Source of the DNA: Squalus acanthias
Taxonomy: Eukaryota
Assembly: GCA_030390025.1 (NCBI GenBank)
Contig: CM059425.1
Span: forward strand, 173,788,001 to 173,852,000
Reading direction: 5' to 3'
DNA length: 64,000 bases
The position numbers were made by a program, and so were the translations under genes. A model generated the notes under the pieces. It made no database searches, had not been told where the DNA came from, and was given only the letters and a program-made list of their open reading frames with translations. Shown here piece by piece: positions 11,066 through 22,242 of this stretch (position 1 is the stretch's first letter; each line of letters opens with the position of its first letter).

Positions 11066-13137
11066 CTACTTTTTGCCCTTCGAGGGTGATCTCCTTCCCT
11101 TGCGCACTTCCCCCCTTCTAACCCTACTGCTCCTCCGTAATGGGACCTCAGTGGCTGCAGCAAGGCTGGTGGAAGGCTGCTGCTTGTCAGACCCTGACAC
11201 TGCAGATGCCCCTGAAGGACGGCCTCGACCACTTCTGGGCCTGGAGGGCCCGGCTGCAGACTGCACCAACTCTGCATGGGCGGCAGCAGTCTGTCCTACA
11301 GGCGGTGGCAAGTGCAGTGGAGAAGTGACAGTGTTGGCAGCAGGAATGCTGTCATCGTGAGAGAGGACAGCAACTCCCTGCTCGCCCGACACACTGGCAC
11401 TCCCACGGGGCAGCACTTCAGCATCCGGAGCAATTTGCCTGAGAACAGATTGCTGGCCTGCTGCGGCGCGGTGACAGCCCCGGGGACATGTGCACGAACC
11501 ATCGAGGATGGCAGCAGTCAGTGCTCGCGTGGCCTCAATCTGAGTCTGCATGAGAGCAGGCTCAGATGGGTTCCTGGCAGCCAGTGACTGAATTGCAGCA
11601 GTAAGCTTTAGTGTGGCATCCGCCTGTGCTACAGCGAAGTGCTCCACACTCCTTGCCAGTGCCTCAATGCATTCGGGCACCCTTCCCACTGCACCCATGA
11701 GCTCAGTGTGCATGCCCACCGCCTGGCTGTTCATTTCTGCAATCATCCGCTCCTCCTCTGCGTCCATTGCATTAGGAGTGTCTGGCATACTCTCCCTCTG
11801 GGGAGAAGGCTCCCGTTCTTCCCTCCCCCCCCCATGGCGTTGCTGCAGCCCGCTGGGTCCTGGAACTTCACCATCATCAGCCCCTTCCCCCCTGCTCCCC
11901 CGTTCTTCCCTCCCCCCCCCATGGCGTTGCTGCAGCCCGCTGGGTCCTGGAACTTCACCATCATCAGCCCCTTCCCCCCTGCTCCCCTCCGGGGAAGGCG
12001 TGTTCCCAGTGTGGCCATGGGCTTCCTCGGGAGAGGGTGGCACTGATGCTCCGGCTTCCTCTTCCTCCTCAGCTGCAGCATCACTCCCAGTGGCAGCTTC
12101 AGGGACCATCTCCTCAGCTGGTGAATCACCATCTGAAAGCAGGGAGGTACAAGAGTGGCTTTAGCGTGAGGACAGGGTGGCAGTAAGGGAGGAATAAGTG
12201 CAGCGAGTTAGCAAGTTGGATTGAAAGTGTCAAAGGCTGGTATTGTGAGGGACAAGTGGAAGGACAGAGGACAAAAAGGTGATGACCTTACCATTGCTGT
12301 CCACAACGGGGTCGGCGTCTCCAGTGGCGACGGGACCGATCACCCGGCTTGCCACAATCCTGTGGACGCGCTCCTCCAGATCGCTGAGGGGTTGCAGCTG
12401 AAGCCGCCCTCCACCCGTCCGTTGCTGCTGTCTCCGATTATGAGCCAGCTTAGCCTGCAAGAAAAAGGACAGCATCTGAGTCAATATACAGCCATGGTCT
12501 TGCCTGATGTGCCTCCCATAGGTGAATAGCCCTTACAATATGCAGCCATGGTCTTGCCTGATGTGCCTCCCATAGGTGAATAGCCCTTACTGTATGCAGC
12601 CATGGTCTTGCCTGATGTGCCTCCCATAGGTGAATAGCCCTTACAATATGCAGCCATGGTCTTGCCTGATGTGCCTCCCATAGGTGAATAGCCCTTACAA
12701 TATGCAGCCATGGTCTTGCCTGATGTGCCTCCCATAGGTGAATAGCCCTTACTGTATGTAAAGTGTGGAATGTGTGTGTGTGTTTCATGAAAGGGCCATA
12801 GGTGTTGGATGAGTGTTGTGCATTGGGGTTTTAAGACCCTCTGGCCATAGAGTGAGGTTGAGATGGAGGGATGGAGAGGTATTGAGAAAAAGCCACTCAC
12901 CCTGACGACCCGAGTGAGGTCGTTGAACTTTTTGCGGCACTGGACATGGGTCCTGGGCACCATGCTCCTGGAGGAGACGCTCTGAGCCACCTCCCTCCAC
13001 ACTCTTCTGAACTCGCGTGGCAAAGGCCTCCTGCCACTCTCTGGGAACAGCATGCATCGTCTGCGCTCCACTGCGTCAACCAGAGCATCCAAGGCCCGCT
13101 CGGTGAAGCGATGAGCGCGTTCTCTCACCCTCTCCAT
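11066..13137 (-). CDS. Harbinger Myb/SANT-like DNA-binding partner, 3 exons (13137-12901, 12454-12292, 12132-11066), 488 aa
   Basis: Exon 1 encodes RFTERALDALVDAV..W.EVA..RTHVQCRKKFNDL. Donors are GTGAGT and GTAAGG, and acceptors are pyrimidine-rich CAG. 237+163+1067 = 1467 nt in one frame with no internal stop. Confidence 0.9.
11812..11987. repeat. 87-bp in-frame tandem duplication in Myb gene exon 3
   Basis: GSRGEGADDGEVPGPSGLQQRHGGGREER occurs twice. Confidence 0.9.
12487..12757. repeat. 54-bp minisatellite x5 in Myb gene intron 1
   Basis: GCCATGGTCTTGCCTGATGTGCCTCCCATAGGTGAATAGCCCTTAC at 12491, 12545, 12599, 12653 and 12707. Confidence 0.95.
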
Positions 13138-13580
13138 GCTTGGCAGCAAAATGGATTACAGGTCTCTCCAGGCTGAGATTCAAGGCTGCAATGAGCAGGG
13201 TGTGGCTGGGGAGCAAGTGGCCCCCCCCGCTTTAAGAAGTGTCCGGCGCCAGTGTGTCTGTGTTCCATCGCTAACTGGCAGCAGCTGCGCTGCGCTCGTG
13301 CGCTGAGTTAGCGCCTCACTCCTAGACCTTTGCGCCTTAAGAGAGGTGTGCAGCGCCTAATTTAGCGCTCCACTCACCTCCCGGGGCGGTAAAAGTGAAG
13401 TTTCCTGTCAGTGCCGATAATTAGCGCCAGGCGCTAATATTTGCGCGCGGACGATATTTGCGCCCCAAATGGGGCGCGACCTAATTTCTACCCCAAAGAA
13501 TTCCACTCATTTTTCAACATTGACAGGATTGCAAATTTTTTTTTAAATGCGAGGATAGCTCTCTCCTGAATCGACACTGA

Positions 13581-14363
13581 GGGGGGAATTTACCCAGCCC
13601 TGGGGAGGCGGGTATGGAGGCGGGACTGCCGGGAAAATGGCAGGAACTGGGAGCGGGTACCGACCCTGCTCCCAACCCGCCTCCGTGCCATCTTCCCGGG
13701 AGGCGGGTCCCTGACTCGTGCAGGGACCCGTCTCCTCAAGGCAGAAAGGGGATTAGAGCCAATAAACTGCCTGTTAATATGTAGTTAACAGGCAGTTTTG
13801 AGGCTTTTCCCCAATTTTACGCCTGCAATTGCGGGCTTCCCGATGGCTGCGAACCTCGCCAGGGTCAGCGAGGCTAGCAGTGGGTCTGTGGGGGTGAGAG
13901 GAGTCGAAATGTCAGCTGTAGAAGTGAGTGATGGGTGCAAGTGTGGACAGGTAAGTATGAGAGGTGAGTGTAAAGTGTTGGAAAAGGTTTCCTTACCTTT
14001 GCTTCTTTCTGTAGGCTTCAACCTTTGAGGATCCGGAGGTGCCTCATTTCAATGGCAGAGATGACAGAATGGCATTCTCAGAGGCAGCAACCATCTGCTT
14101 TCTGCTGAGGAGAGAGGTCTTGGTGAGCCTGTGTGCAAGGGCTCACCTTGGAACAGAGATTGTCAGTGTTTGACAGCTTCTCAAAGCTGTCAAACGCTAA
14201 CAATTCATCTGTCAAAGAATTTTCTACAGATGAAGCGTCATACGCTGAGGTCATCTGTCACCGGCTTTCGCTTAATTGGCCGGTAAGCCCGCAGGGGGCA
14301 GGACTGAAACCCGGAAACCAGAAGTCCCGCCTCCAACACGTCTCCATTGAGAAAATCCAGCCC
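13581..14363. mobile_element. Harbinger-type MITE (783 bp)
   Basis: TGA TSD (13578-13580, 14364-14366), degenerate G-rich TIRs, homologous to 19539-20355. Confidence 0.8.
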
Positions 14364-14385
14364 TGATTCTCTGCTTCTCCTTTTG

Positions 14386-15080
14386 CAGAGAGAGACAGCG
14401 AAACAAAGAGACAGAGAGACATAGGGAGAGAGAGACAGGGACAGGGACAGGGCCAGGGAGAGAGAGAGACAGGGACAGAGAGAGGGACAGGGACAGGGCC
14501 AGGGAGAGAGAGAGACAGGGACAGAGAGAGGGACAGGGACAGGGCCAGGGAGAGAGAGAGACAGGGACAGAGAGAGGGACAGGGAGAGAGAGAGACAGGG
14601 ACAGAGAGAGAGGGACACAGACAGAGAGAGAGAGACAGGGACAGACAGAGAGAGAGAGACAGGGACAGACAGAGAGAGAGAGACAGGGACAGACAGAGAG
14701 AGAGAGACAGGGACAGACAGAGAGAGAGACAGGGACAGACAGAGAGAGAGAGACAGGGACAGACAGAGAGAGAGAGACAGGGACAGACAGAGAGAGAGAG
14801 AGACAGGGACAGACAGAGAGAGAGACAGGGACAGACAGAGAGAGAGACAGGGACAGACAGAGAGAGACAGACAGGGACAGACAGAGAGAGAGAGAGAGAG
14901 GGACAGACAGAGAGAGACAAGGACAGAGAGAGAGAAGAGACAGAGAGAGACGGGGAGAGAGCGAGAGACTGGGACAGAGGGAGATAGAGAGAGAGACAGG
15001 GACGGAGAGAGGGGGACAGGGACAAAGAGAGAGAGAAAGAGGGACAGAGAGAGAGAGAGACAGCGAGACAGAGAGAGCGA
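14386..15080. repeat. (GA)n/GGGACA compound microsatellite
   Basis: GAGAGAGACAGGGACAGACA units. Confidence 0.95.
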
Positions 15081-17104
15081 GAAGGGTGAGGGTCCAGGCG
15101 GGCGGGTGTAGTCCATTCCCGGAGACTGAACAGCGGCCTCACTTTGGAACAACACAGATGGAGGTGCAGCACATGTACAATGGCCGCTGGAAGGAGGCTA
15201 ACGCAAACAATTTTTAGGCCCGCGGTGAAATTTAAAAAAAAATCCAGAAAATTGTTTAAAGCCGGAAAAAAATACGGGAAAGTGATGTTGAATATCCCAC
15301 GGTAAGTTCCAGTTAAATTTTGCCAGGCATTGTCCCCTTTTTGAAAGAGTTTATCAGGGTTATTTAAATCATGTTATGAAAGAAGGGAAAAAGTTTGTGC
15401 CCCCTTTTGTACCTCAGAGTCTGTGAGAGACAGAGGGAACGGGGGCAGAAAAAGAGGAAACAACTTCTCCAAAACTGGTCCCAACTCATCGCCAAGGCTG
15501 GGGATAGATAACCTCACCGCCTTCTTAGGAAGTTTAACCACTTTATTCACTTTCTCATTTGAGCTCCGTTTGGAATTAGAATTTATTTTATTATTTTTTG
15601 TTGTATGTTTAACGACAGCGTTGAAGAGGGAAAGAAAAACTTGGAGCAACTTCTGTCAAAGCTGCAATGAGACTTGAAAAAATTTAAAGATTTTTATTGA
15701 ACTTTTCACAAAAAATGAGTGTTAACACTTTTTTTCCCCCCTAAGTTTTGAATTTGGAAGAAACAAGCAAAAATCAATTTTCCCCTCATCTAAACAAGTT
15801 TCAACCAGGCCTTGAAGTCCAAACGCTTTTAAAGAGGCTCTGAATTGCTTAAAACATTTTAAAATTGAAATTTCTCAATATTTGATTTTGAACGATCATG
15901 CAACCATGCTGTTGAGGAGGGGGAGGGCAGGGGAGGATTTGTAGGAGTTACATATTACTTTTTATTGACTTAAAAAAATGTATCATTAAGACGTTTAGGA
16001 AGAGAACCAAAAAAGGAGAAAAACACAAACCATTTTATTTTATCTGTTGTTCTATAGCCCGAACAAGTCCCAGGAATAATGTAAATATAGATTTCCTCTT
16101 AAACGTTTAGTGGAGTGTTAATAGTAACAAGAGCTATGTAATGATGTATAAAAATTGCAGGAAACTACTTTAGAAGAAACCACTATCTGTTTATTGAGAA
16201 AGACACAGATAATGTACAATATTGTTTTGGCATAAATGTTTGAAATAGGAGATTAAAAATTGAGAGTACAATGAAGTTTGTTTCCCACTATATAATTGCG
16301 AAGTTACTAAAATAATTCAACACTATTCATGATAAGAGCAGGGATTAATATTGTGGAGAATGTTTGAGAGAAAAACATTAGAAGCGATATTTGTAAATTA
16401 ACATCTTTACGTCACCATATTACTAAATATTTCCAAGTCAGTCTGATTGGTTCTCCTGTCCTGGAAGAAAGATGAATGTTTATTTCTGTTAAATCGTAGC
16501 TTTTCCTGCTTTTTGTTTTTAATTTGGTGATGCAAATTGTGTATGTGTTTTTCTGCACTTGTGAATAAGTGCTGCATTTCTGACATGTTACATGGGGGGG
16601 GGGGGGGGGGGGGTGCTGGTTCAAGAAGACAATGATTATTATTGGAAGTGATTGAAGTTGAAAATATGGATACCCGTTCTTGTTCAATTGTTCAATTCTT
16701 TTTAATACTGTGAACTAAAGAACTATAGCACTTTATATTTGGTTGTCTGGTTGCATTGTGATTAATATTCTAATCACTTATGTGGACGTACAGCACGTCA
16801 GCGCCATAGGAAAGCCGCTGCTCCTGCTGATTGTGTAGCCATTGCTATAGTGACATGAGGAATGAGCTAACACGTTGTAAACTTTAAAATTAATACTAAT
16901 TGCACGAATAGATATGCCTCTTTCAGCTCACCTTAGGTTTTTGGATTGTTTGTCGATGCATAACTGTGTAACTGAGTGACGTTTCTGAAGTGTTAATGCA
17001 TTATTATGCAGTTCTTTTATATCCCAGTCATTTCTGACAAGTAATTTTTTTTTTAAATAGAGTTTGTACATGACGAACTAAAAGCTTTTAATTAATTCTA
17101 CCAT

Positions 17105-17390
17105 AAACAAACTTGCAGAATGGGCATGTAAATGACAAATGAATTTCAATATAGATAAGTATGAGGTGGTGCATTTTGGTAGGAGGAATAAGAAGGCTAC
17201 CTACTCCTTGGAAAATAAGAATCTAAATGGGGTAGAGGTGCAAAGGGATCTAGGGGTATAGATTCACAAATCATTAAAAGTAGCAACGCAGGTTTAAAAA
17301 GCCATGAAAGTGCAAATAAAGCACTGGGGTTCATTTCTAGAGGAATATAATTCAAAAGAGAAGTTATGTTAAACCTGTATTTCACCTTGT
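17105..17390 (+). mobile_element. CR1 RT fragment
   Basis: Similar to ~36750-37020 (GCATTTTGGTAGGA.GAATA). Confidence 0.7.
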
Positions 17391-17571
17391 CTGATTGTCT
17401 CATGATTTGAGACGGTGGGATGGCAATATGGCATTACTGTACATATGCTTTTAAGTGGTTGCTGTTGTTGTAATAAAAGTTGTTGTTGTAAAATGTGCCC
17501 TCGGACGTAAAGGTCGTGCTCAAAGGAGTTCATGGCCCGCTTAGTACAAAAAAAAATTAGAGGGAACATTG

Positions 17572-17935
17572 GACCTAGTACTGAGCCCTGCGGAACCCCA
17601 CTGGAAACAGCCTTCCAGTCACATAAACACCCGTCGGCCATAACTCTTTGCTTCTAGCCACTGAGCCAATTTTGGATGCAACTTGCCACTTTCCCTTGGA
17701 TTCCATGGGCTTTTACTTTTCTGACCAGTCTGCCATGTGGGACCTTGCTAAAATCCATGTAGACTACATCAAATACGCTACCTTCATCGACCCTCCTCAT
17801 TACCTCCTCAAAAAATTTAATCAAGTTAGTCAGATATGACCTTCCCTTAACAAATCCATGCTGACTGTCCTTGATTAATCCATGCCTTTCTAAATGACGA
17901 TTAATACTGTCCTTCAGAATTATTTCCAATAATTT
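17572..17935 (-). mobile_element. CR1 LINE, 5' continuation of 7185-8148
   Basis: SGVPQGSVLG and QHGFVKGRSYLTNL peptides. Confidence 0.9.
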
Positions 17936-17979
17936 GGTAGTATTTAATCAAGTGTTTTTAGATGCAACTTCATAATAGC

Positions 17980-18887
17980 TGTAAGATCTTAATGATCTCT
18001 GAGTTCTTGGACAAGACACCAATAGGCAGCAGCCAGTATGTTTGAGCAATAGATCAAGATTTATTAAGCTTACAGCGTAATATACTTAACATTAGGCGAT
18101 AGTTTTAACGAGTAGCTCGCAGCCCTTGGTCTCTGGAACCTCTCGGACACAGATGACGTCGTTGTAAGTCTGTTCCTTTGTTCTGGCAGTACGTCTGTGT
18201 AAAGTTGTTCTCTGAGTATCGAGGTTTTAACCCATTTCTTATCAAAAGTTGGTTTGGCCAGTGTCCATATATGGTCTTTAACAAAATCACCTTTTATAAT
18301 TGGTTCTAATGGTCAAAATACCATTGTCACTCAGACTAAGGTAGCATCCCGCCTTTCCAGTATTTTTCCGTCAACCCTATTCTGCTGTCTTGTTATCTTG
18401 TTTATAGTTTTTCACCCCATTGGAATTTTCATTTCCTGCCTCCCTGGTACAAGGCCTTTATACTAAGGGCCCATATCAGTGCTGTTTCACTTGTCTTGAG
18501 GTATCCAAACTATCTCACTTTAATCTACCAGATAAATACCTTATCTCCATGATCTCTCATTTTATGTCCTTATACTAATTATTTTTAAAATATCGTTGCA
18601 ATTAGTTTTGGTAAGCGAATTCTAATTTCTACTTGGCATCATAATATGTTTTTTTTTTAGCAATTTAACCTTCACTCTCAGTCTGTGGCTGTTTGTTATC
18701 AAAACTTAGTCAAAACTGCACATCTCCACATCAAAACTGCTTTTGACTGTCCTTGCAGCTGCATTCTGAACAAGTCTTAGCTTTTTAGTTACCCAGGAGT
18801 AATTATGGGTAATATTATTTGGTCAATGGCTACACTTGAATTTATATGTATATGATTCTCGTCTACTAAATATCAGCCTTTCGTACA
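17980..18887 (-). mobile_element. Probable solo LTR (908 bp)
   Basis: TGTA...TACA termini and a 4-bp TSD TAGC (17976-17979, 18888-18891). Minus-strand AATAAA at ~18060 and a TATA-like sequence at ~18293. Confidence 0.65.
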
Positions 18888-19459
18888 TAGCTTTCAATAC
18901 AAAGGCAGCCAGTGCTTGCATAATGACTACTTTCATGCTTCTGCTGTTGTGAAATTAATCACAATAAAAAGTCAGTAGGCCTCCCTGTTCTTTTTAGACT
19001 GGCTGATTAATAAAAATAATAACTATCCTGGTCTATGGGGATTTCAGAGTATTACTGAGTGATGACAGCTCCATTCATTATTCTGGGAGGGATCTGCGAC
19101 CCCACACACATATCTAGTATTCACGTTTATTGTTCCAGCCAAAATGTTAATGCAGTTCAAAAATGAATATGAACTATGCTGCAATATGGCTAACAATAGT
19201 TACAGTAATTCCTATGTAATAGTATTTAATCATAAGCTACTATAAATTCCTGCAACATAGATTCCTTAACAAACTGAATAAAAAGCAGTTATGTACACTG
19301 TTAGAAAAGATTTTGGTGCAGTGTGTTATAAGGCAGTGGTCATTGCAGTTAGGAGAAATATTAATAGCTGTTCTTAAAAAAAAAAGTTTTGGTGACAGAA
19401 TGATCTATTTAATTATAATCCTGAGTTCGAATAATGCAGGTGAACAAAGATTTCTTGAG

Positions 19460-20462
19460 TACAGAGAGAAACCGATTTAGCGTTTCAGGTCAATGACCTT
19501 TCATCATTTGTGATGAACGGTCAAAGACCTGAAACATTGGGGGCAATTTTGCCAGCCCTGGGGAGGCGGGTTTGGAGGCAGGACTGCCGGGAAAATGGCA
19601 GAATCTGGGGGCGAGTACCCAACCCGCCTCCGTGCCATCTTCCCAGGAGGTGGATACCTGACCCGCGCCGGGTCCCGTCTCCTGGAGGCGGGAAGGGGAT
19701 TACAGCCACTTAACTGCCTGTTAACAGGTAGTTAACAGGCAGTTAAGAGGTTTATCCCCATTTTTCCAGCAGAGGCGCGGGCTTCCCGACGTTGGAAAAC
19801 CCCGCCAGGGTCACCGAGGCGAGCAGTGGGTCTGCGGGGGTCGGAGGGGTCCAAAAGTGCGCTGTGGAGGTGAGTGATGGGTGCAAGTGTGGAGAGGTAA
19901 GTATGTGAGGTGAGTGAAAAGTGATAGAAAATGTTTACTTACCTTTGTTTCTTCCTGCAGGCTTCAACAGTTGGGGAACCGCAGACTCCCGCATCTCACC
20001 GGCAGAGATGACAGAATGGCTGCTGCATTCTCCGATGCAACAGCCATCTGATTTCTGCTCAGCAGATAGGTTTAATGAGTCTTGAATACAAGGACTCATC
20101 AAACAACAGAGAATGTCAGTGTTTGACAGCTTCACAAAGCTGTCAAACGATGACAATTGACAGATGAAATGTCATACGCTGACGTTCTCTGTAACCGGCT
20201 TCCCCTTAATTGGCCTGCTAAGCCCGCTGGGCGGGCTTAACAAGGTCAATCAAGGGAAAATAGCGTGGGTTGGCCACAAGTCGATGGAGGCGGGTCTAAA
20301 ACCCGACAAACAGCAGTCCCGCCTCCAATGCGCCCCCATTGGCAAAATCACCCCCATTAACACTGTTTCTCTCCCGCAGATGATGCCTGACTTGCTGAAT
20401 GTTTCCAGCATTTTCTGTTTTTATTTCAGATTTCCAGCATCTGCAGTAGTATTTTGCTTTTG
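19460..20462. mobile_element. Penelope-like terminal remnant with inverted junction, split by a MITE
   Basis: Same tail as 22146-22242 and 60340-60480, with inverted GTTTCAGGTC..CATCA / TGATG..GACCTGAAAC. Confidence 0.7.
19539..20355. mobile_element. Harbinger-type MITE (817 bp)
   Basis: TIRs GGGGGCAATTTTGCCA / TGGCAAAATCACCCCC and an ATT TSD. Confidence 0.9.
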
Positions 20463-21740
20463 ATTTCTTGAGTGTAATTGTTTGTCTGGTACTCATGTTT
20501 GTATATGAGAGTAAATTGTGGAAAGTCTCCATTCTTATATAAAGTGGTGGAAACAGAGGAACAGGAGTAGGCCATTCAGTCCCTTGAGCCTGCTTCGCCA
20601 TTCAATGAGATCATGGCTGATCTGCGACCTAACTCCATATACCCGTCTTTGGCCCATATCCCTTAATACCTTTAGTTAACAGAAAGCTATCAATCTCCGA
20701 TTTAAAATGAACAATTGATCTAGCATCAATTGTCGTTTGCGGAAGAGAGTTCCAAACTTCTACCACCCTTTGTGTGTAGGAGTGTTCCCTAATTTCACTC
20801 CTGAAAGGTCTGGCTCTAATTTTTAGACTATGCCCCCTAGTCCTAGAATCCCCAACCAGTGGAAATAGTTTCTCTCTATCTACCCTATCTGTTCCCCTTA
20901 ATATCTTGAAAACTTCGATCAGATCACCACTTAACCTTCTAAATTCCAGGGAATACAACCTTAATTTGTGTAATCTCTCTGTGAAACTTTATCCTTGAAG
21001 TCCGGGTATCATTCTGGTAAACCTACGCTGCACTCCCTCCAAGGTCAATATAACCTTCCTAAGGTGTGGTGCCCAGAACTGCAGCTCACAGTACTCCAGG
21101 TGTGGTCTAACCAGGGTTTTCTTTAGCTGCAGCATAACTTCTACCCCCTTGTATTCTAGTCCTGTAGATATAAAGGTCAGCATCCATTAGCCTTCTTTAT
21201 TATTTTCTGTACCTGTTCATGGCATTTTAATGATCTATATACCTGGATCCCCAAGTCTCTTTGGCCCTCCACTGTTTTTAGCCTTTCACCATTTAGAAAG
21301 TACCCTGTTCTATCCTTTTTAGGTCAAAGTGGATGACCTCACATTTGCCTACATTGAAATCCATTTGCCACAATTTTGCCCATTCACTTAATCTGTCGAT
21401 ATCCCTTTTTTAATTTTATGCTTCCATCTACACTGCCTACAATTCCACCTATCTTTGTGTCATCGGCAAATTTGGATATATGACTTTTTGTGCCATCATC
21501 TAAGTCGTTAATGAATACTGTGAATAGTTGAGGCCCTAACACAGATCCCTGCAGGACACCACTGGTCACCTCCTGCCAATTTGAATACCTACCCATTATC
21601 CCTCCTGCCTGTCTCCTGCCGCTCAGCCAATTTCCTAACCAGGTCACTAATTTGCCCTCAATTCCTTGGTAACAGACTCTTATGTGGGACTTTATCAAAT
21701 GCCTTCTGGAAGTCCATATAAATAACATCCCTGTCCACTA

Positions 21741-22242
21741 TGTAAATGGTAAAAGTTCCACGGAAGCTCAGCGTAAGCTCGAGGAACATTACCTCATCTT
21801 CCGAAGATGGCACTTTACAACCTTCCGGACTCAATATCGAGTTCAACAATTTCAGATCATAACCTCGGCCTCTACCATATTTTATCCACACTTTTGGTTT
21901 GTGCCTTTTCCCTTTTTTTCTCCCTCTCCCCCACAGCAGCTGTCTTTCATTCTGCCAACATTTCACTCTTCACACTTCTGAGCCATCTTTTGTTTCTTAA
22001 CCTGTCCTATTACCATCTCGTCTTGCCTTGAGCATCTCTTAATGTCTCTACTTATCACAGACCTCCCCTTTTGTTCTTTTATTCCTTCCCCCAGCCTCCC
22101 TCTTGCTTTTTTATATCTGTTTCATTTCCTGCTTTTTTCTCAGTTCTGACGAAGGGTCTTCGACCTGAAACGTTAACTCTGTTTCTCTCTCCACGGATGT
22201 TGCCTGGCCTGCTGGGTTTTTCCAGTGTTTTCTGTTGTTATT
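21741..22242 (+). mobile_element. 5'-truncated Penelope-like element
   Basis: Frameshifted C-terminus EAQRKLEEHYLIFR / GTLQPSGLNIEFNNFRS*, typical of the PLE GIY-YIG end. 13-bp TSD TCCCTGTCCACTA (21728-21740, 22243-22255). Confidence 0.8.
22142..22178 (+). ncRNA. Candidate minimal hammerhead ribozyme motif
   Basis: AGUU-CUGACGA-A-GGGUC uuc GACCU-GAAACGUU-AACU. Confidence 0.6.

Larger units (their letters stand above)
9099..13494 (+). mobile_element. Apparently intact autonomous PIF/Harbinger transposon (4396 bp)
   Basis: TIRs GGGGTAAAAATT / AATTTCTACCCC, a 3-bp AAA TSD (9096-9098, 13495-13497), two convergent intact genes and CpG-rich ends. Confidence 0.95.
8149..17571. mobile_element. Large non-autonomous hAT-type DNA element carrying nested insertions
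   Basis: TIRs CACTGTTCCCCCTAA / TTAGAGGGAACATTG (13/15 match) and a perfect 8-bp TSD GACCTAGT (8141-8148, 17572-17579). The flanks rejoin into a CR1 like the uninterrupted copy at ~50583. Confidence 0.85.

Noticed and set aside
12487..12757. CRISPR-like array
   Set aside because: The units are contiguous with no unique spacers, and the context is a eukaryotic intron.
14238..15172. Two ~305-aa ORFs
   Set aside because: Translations of a (CT)n microsatellite.
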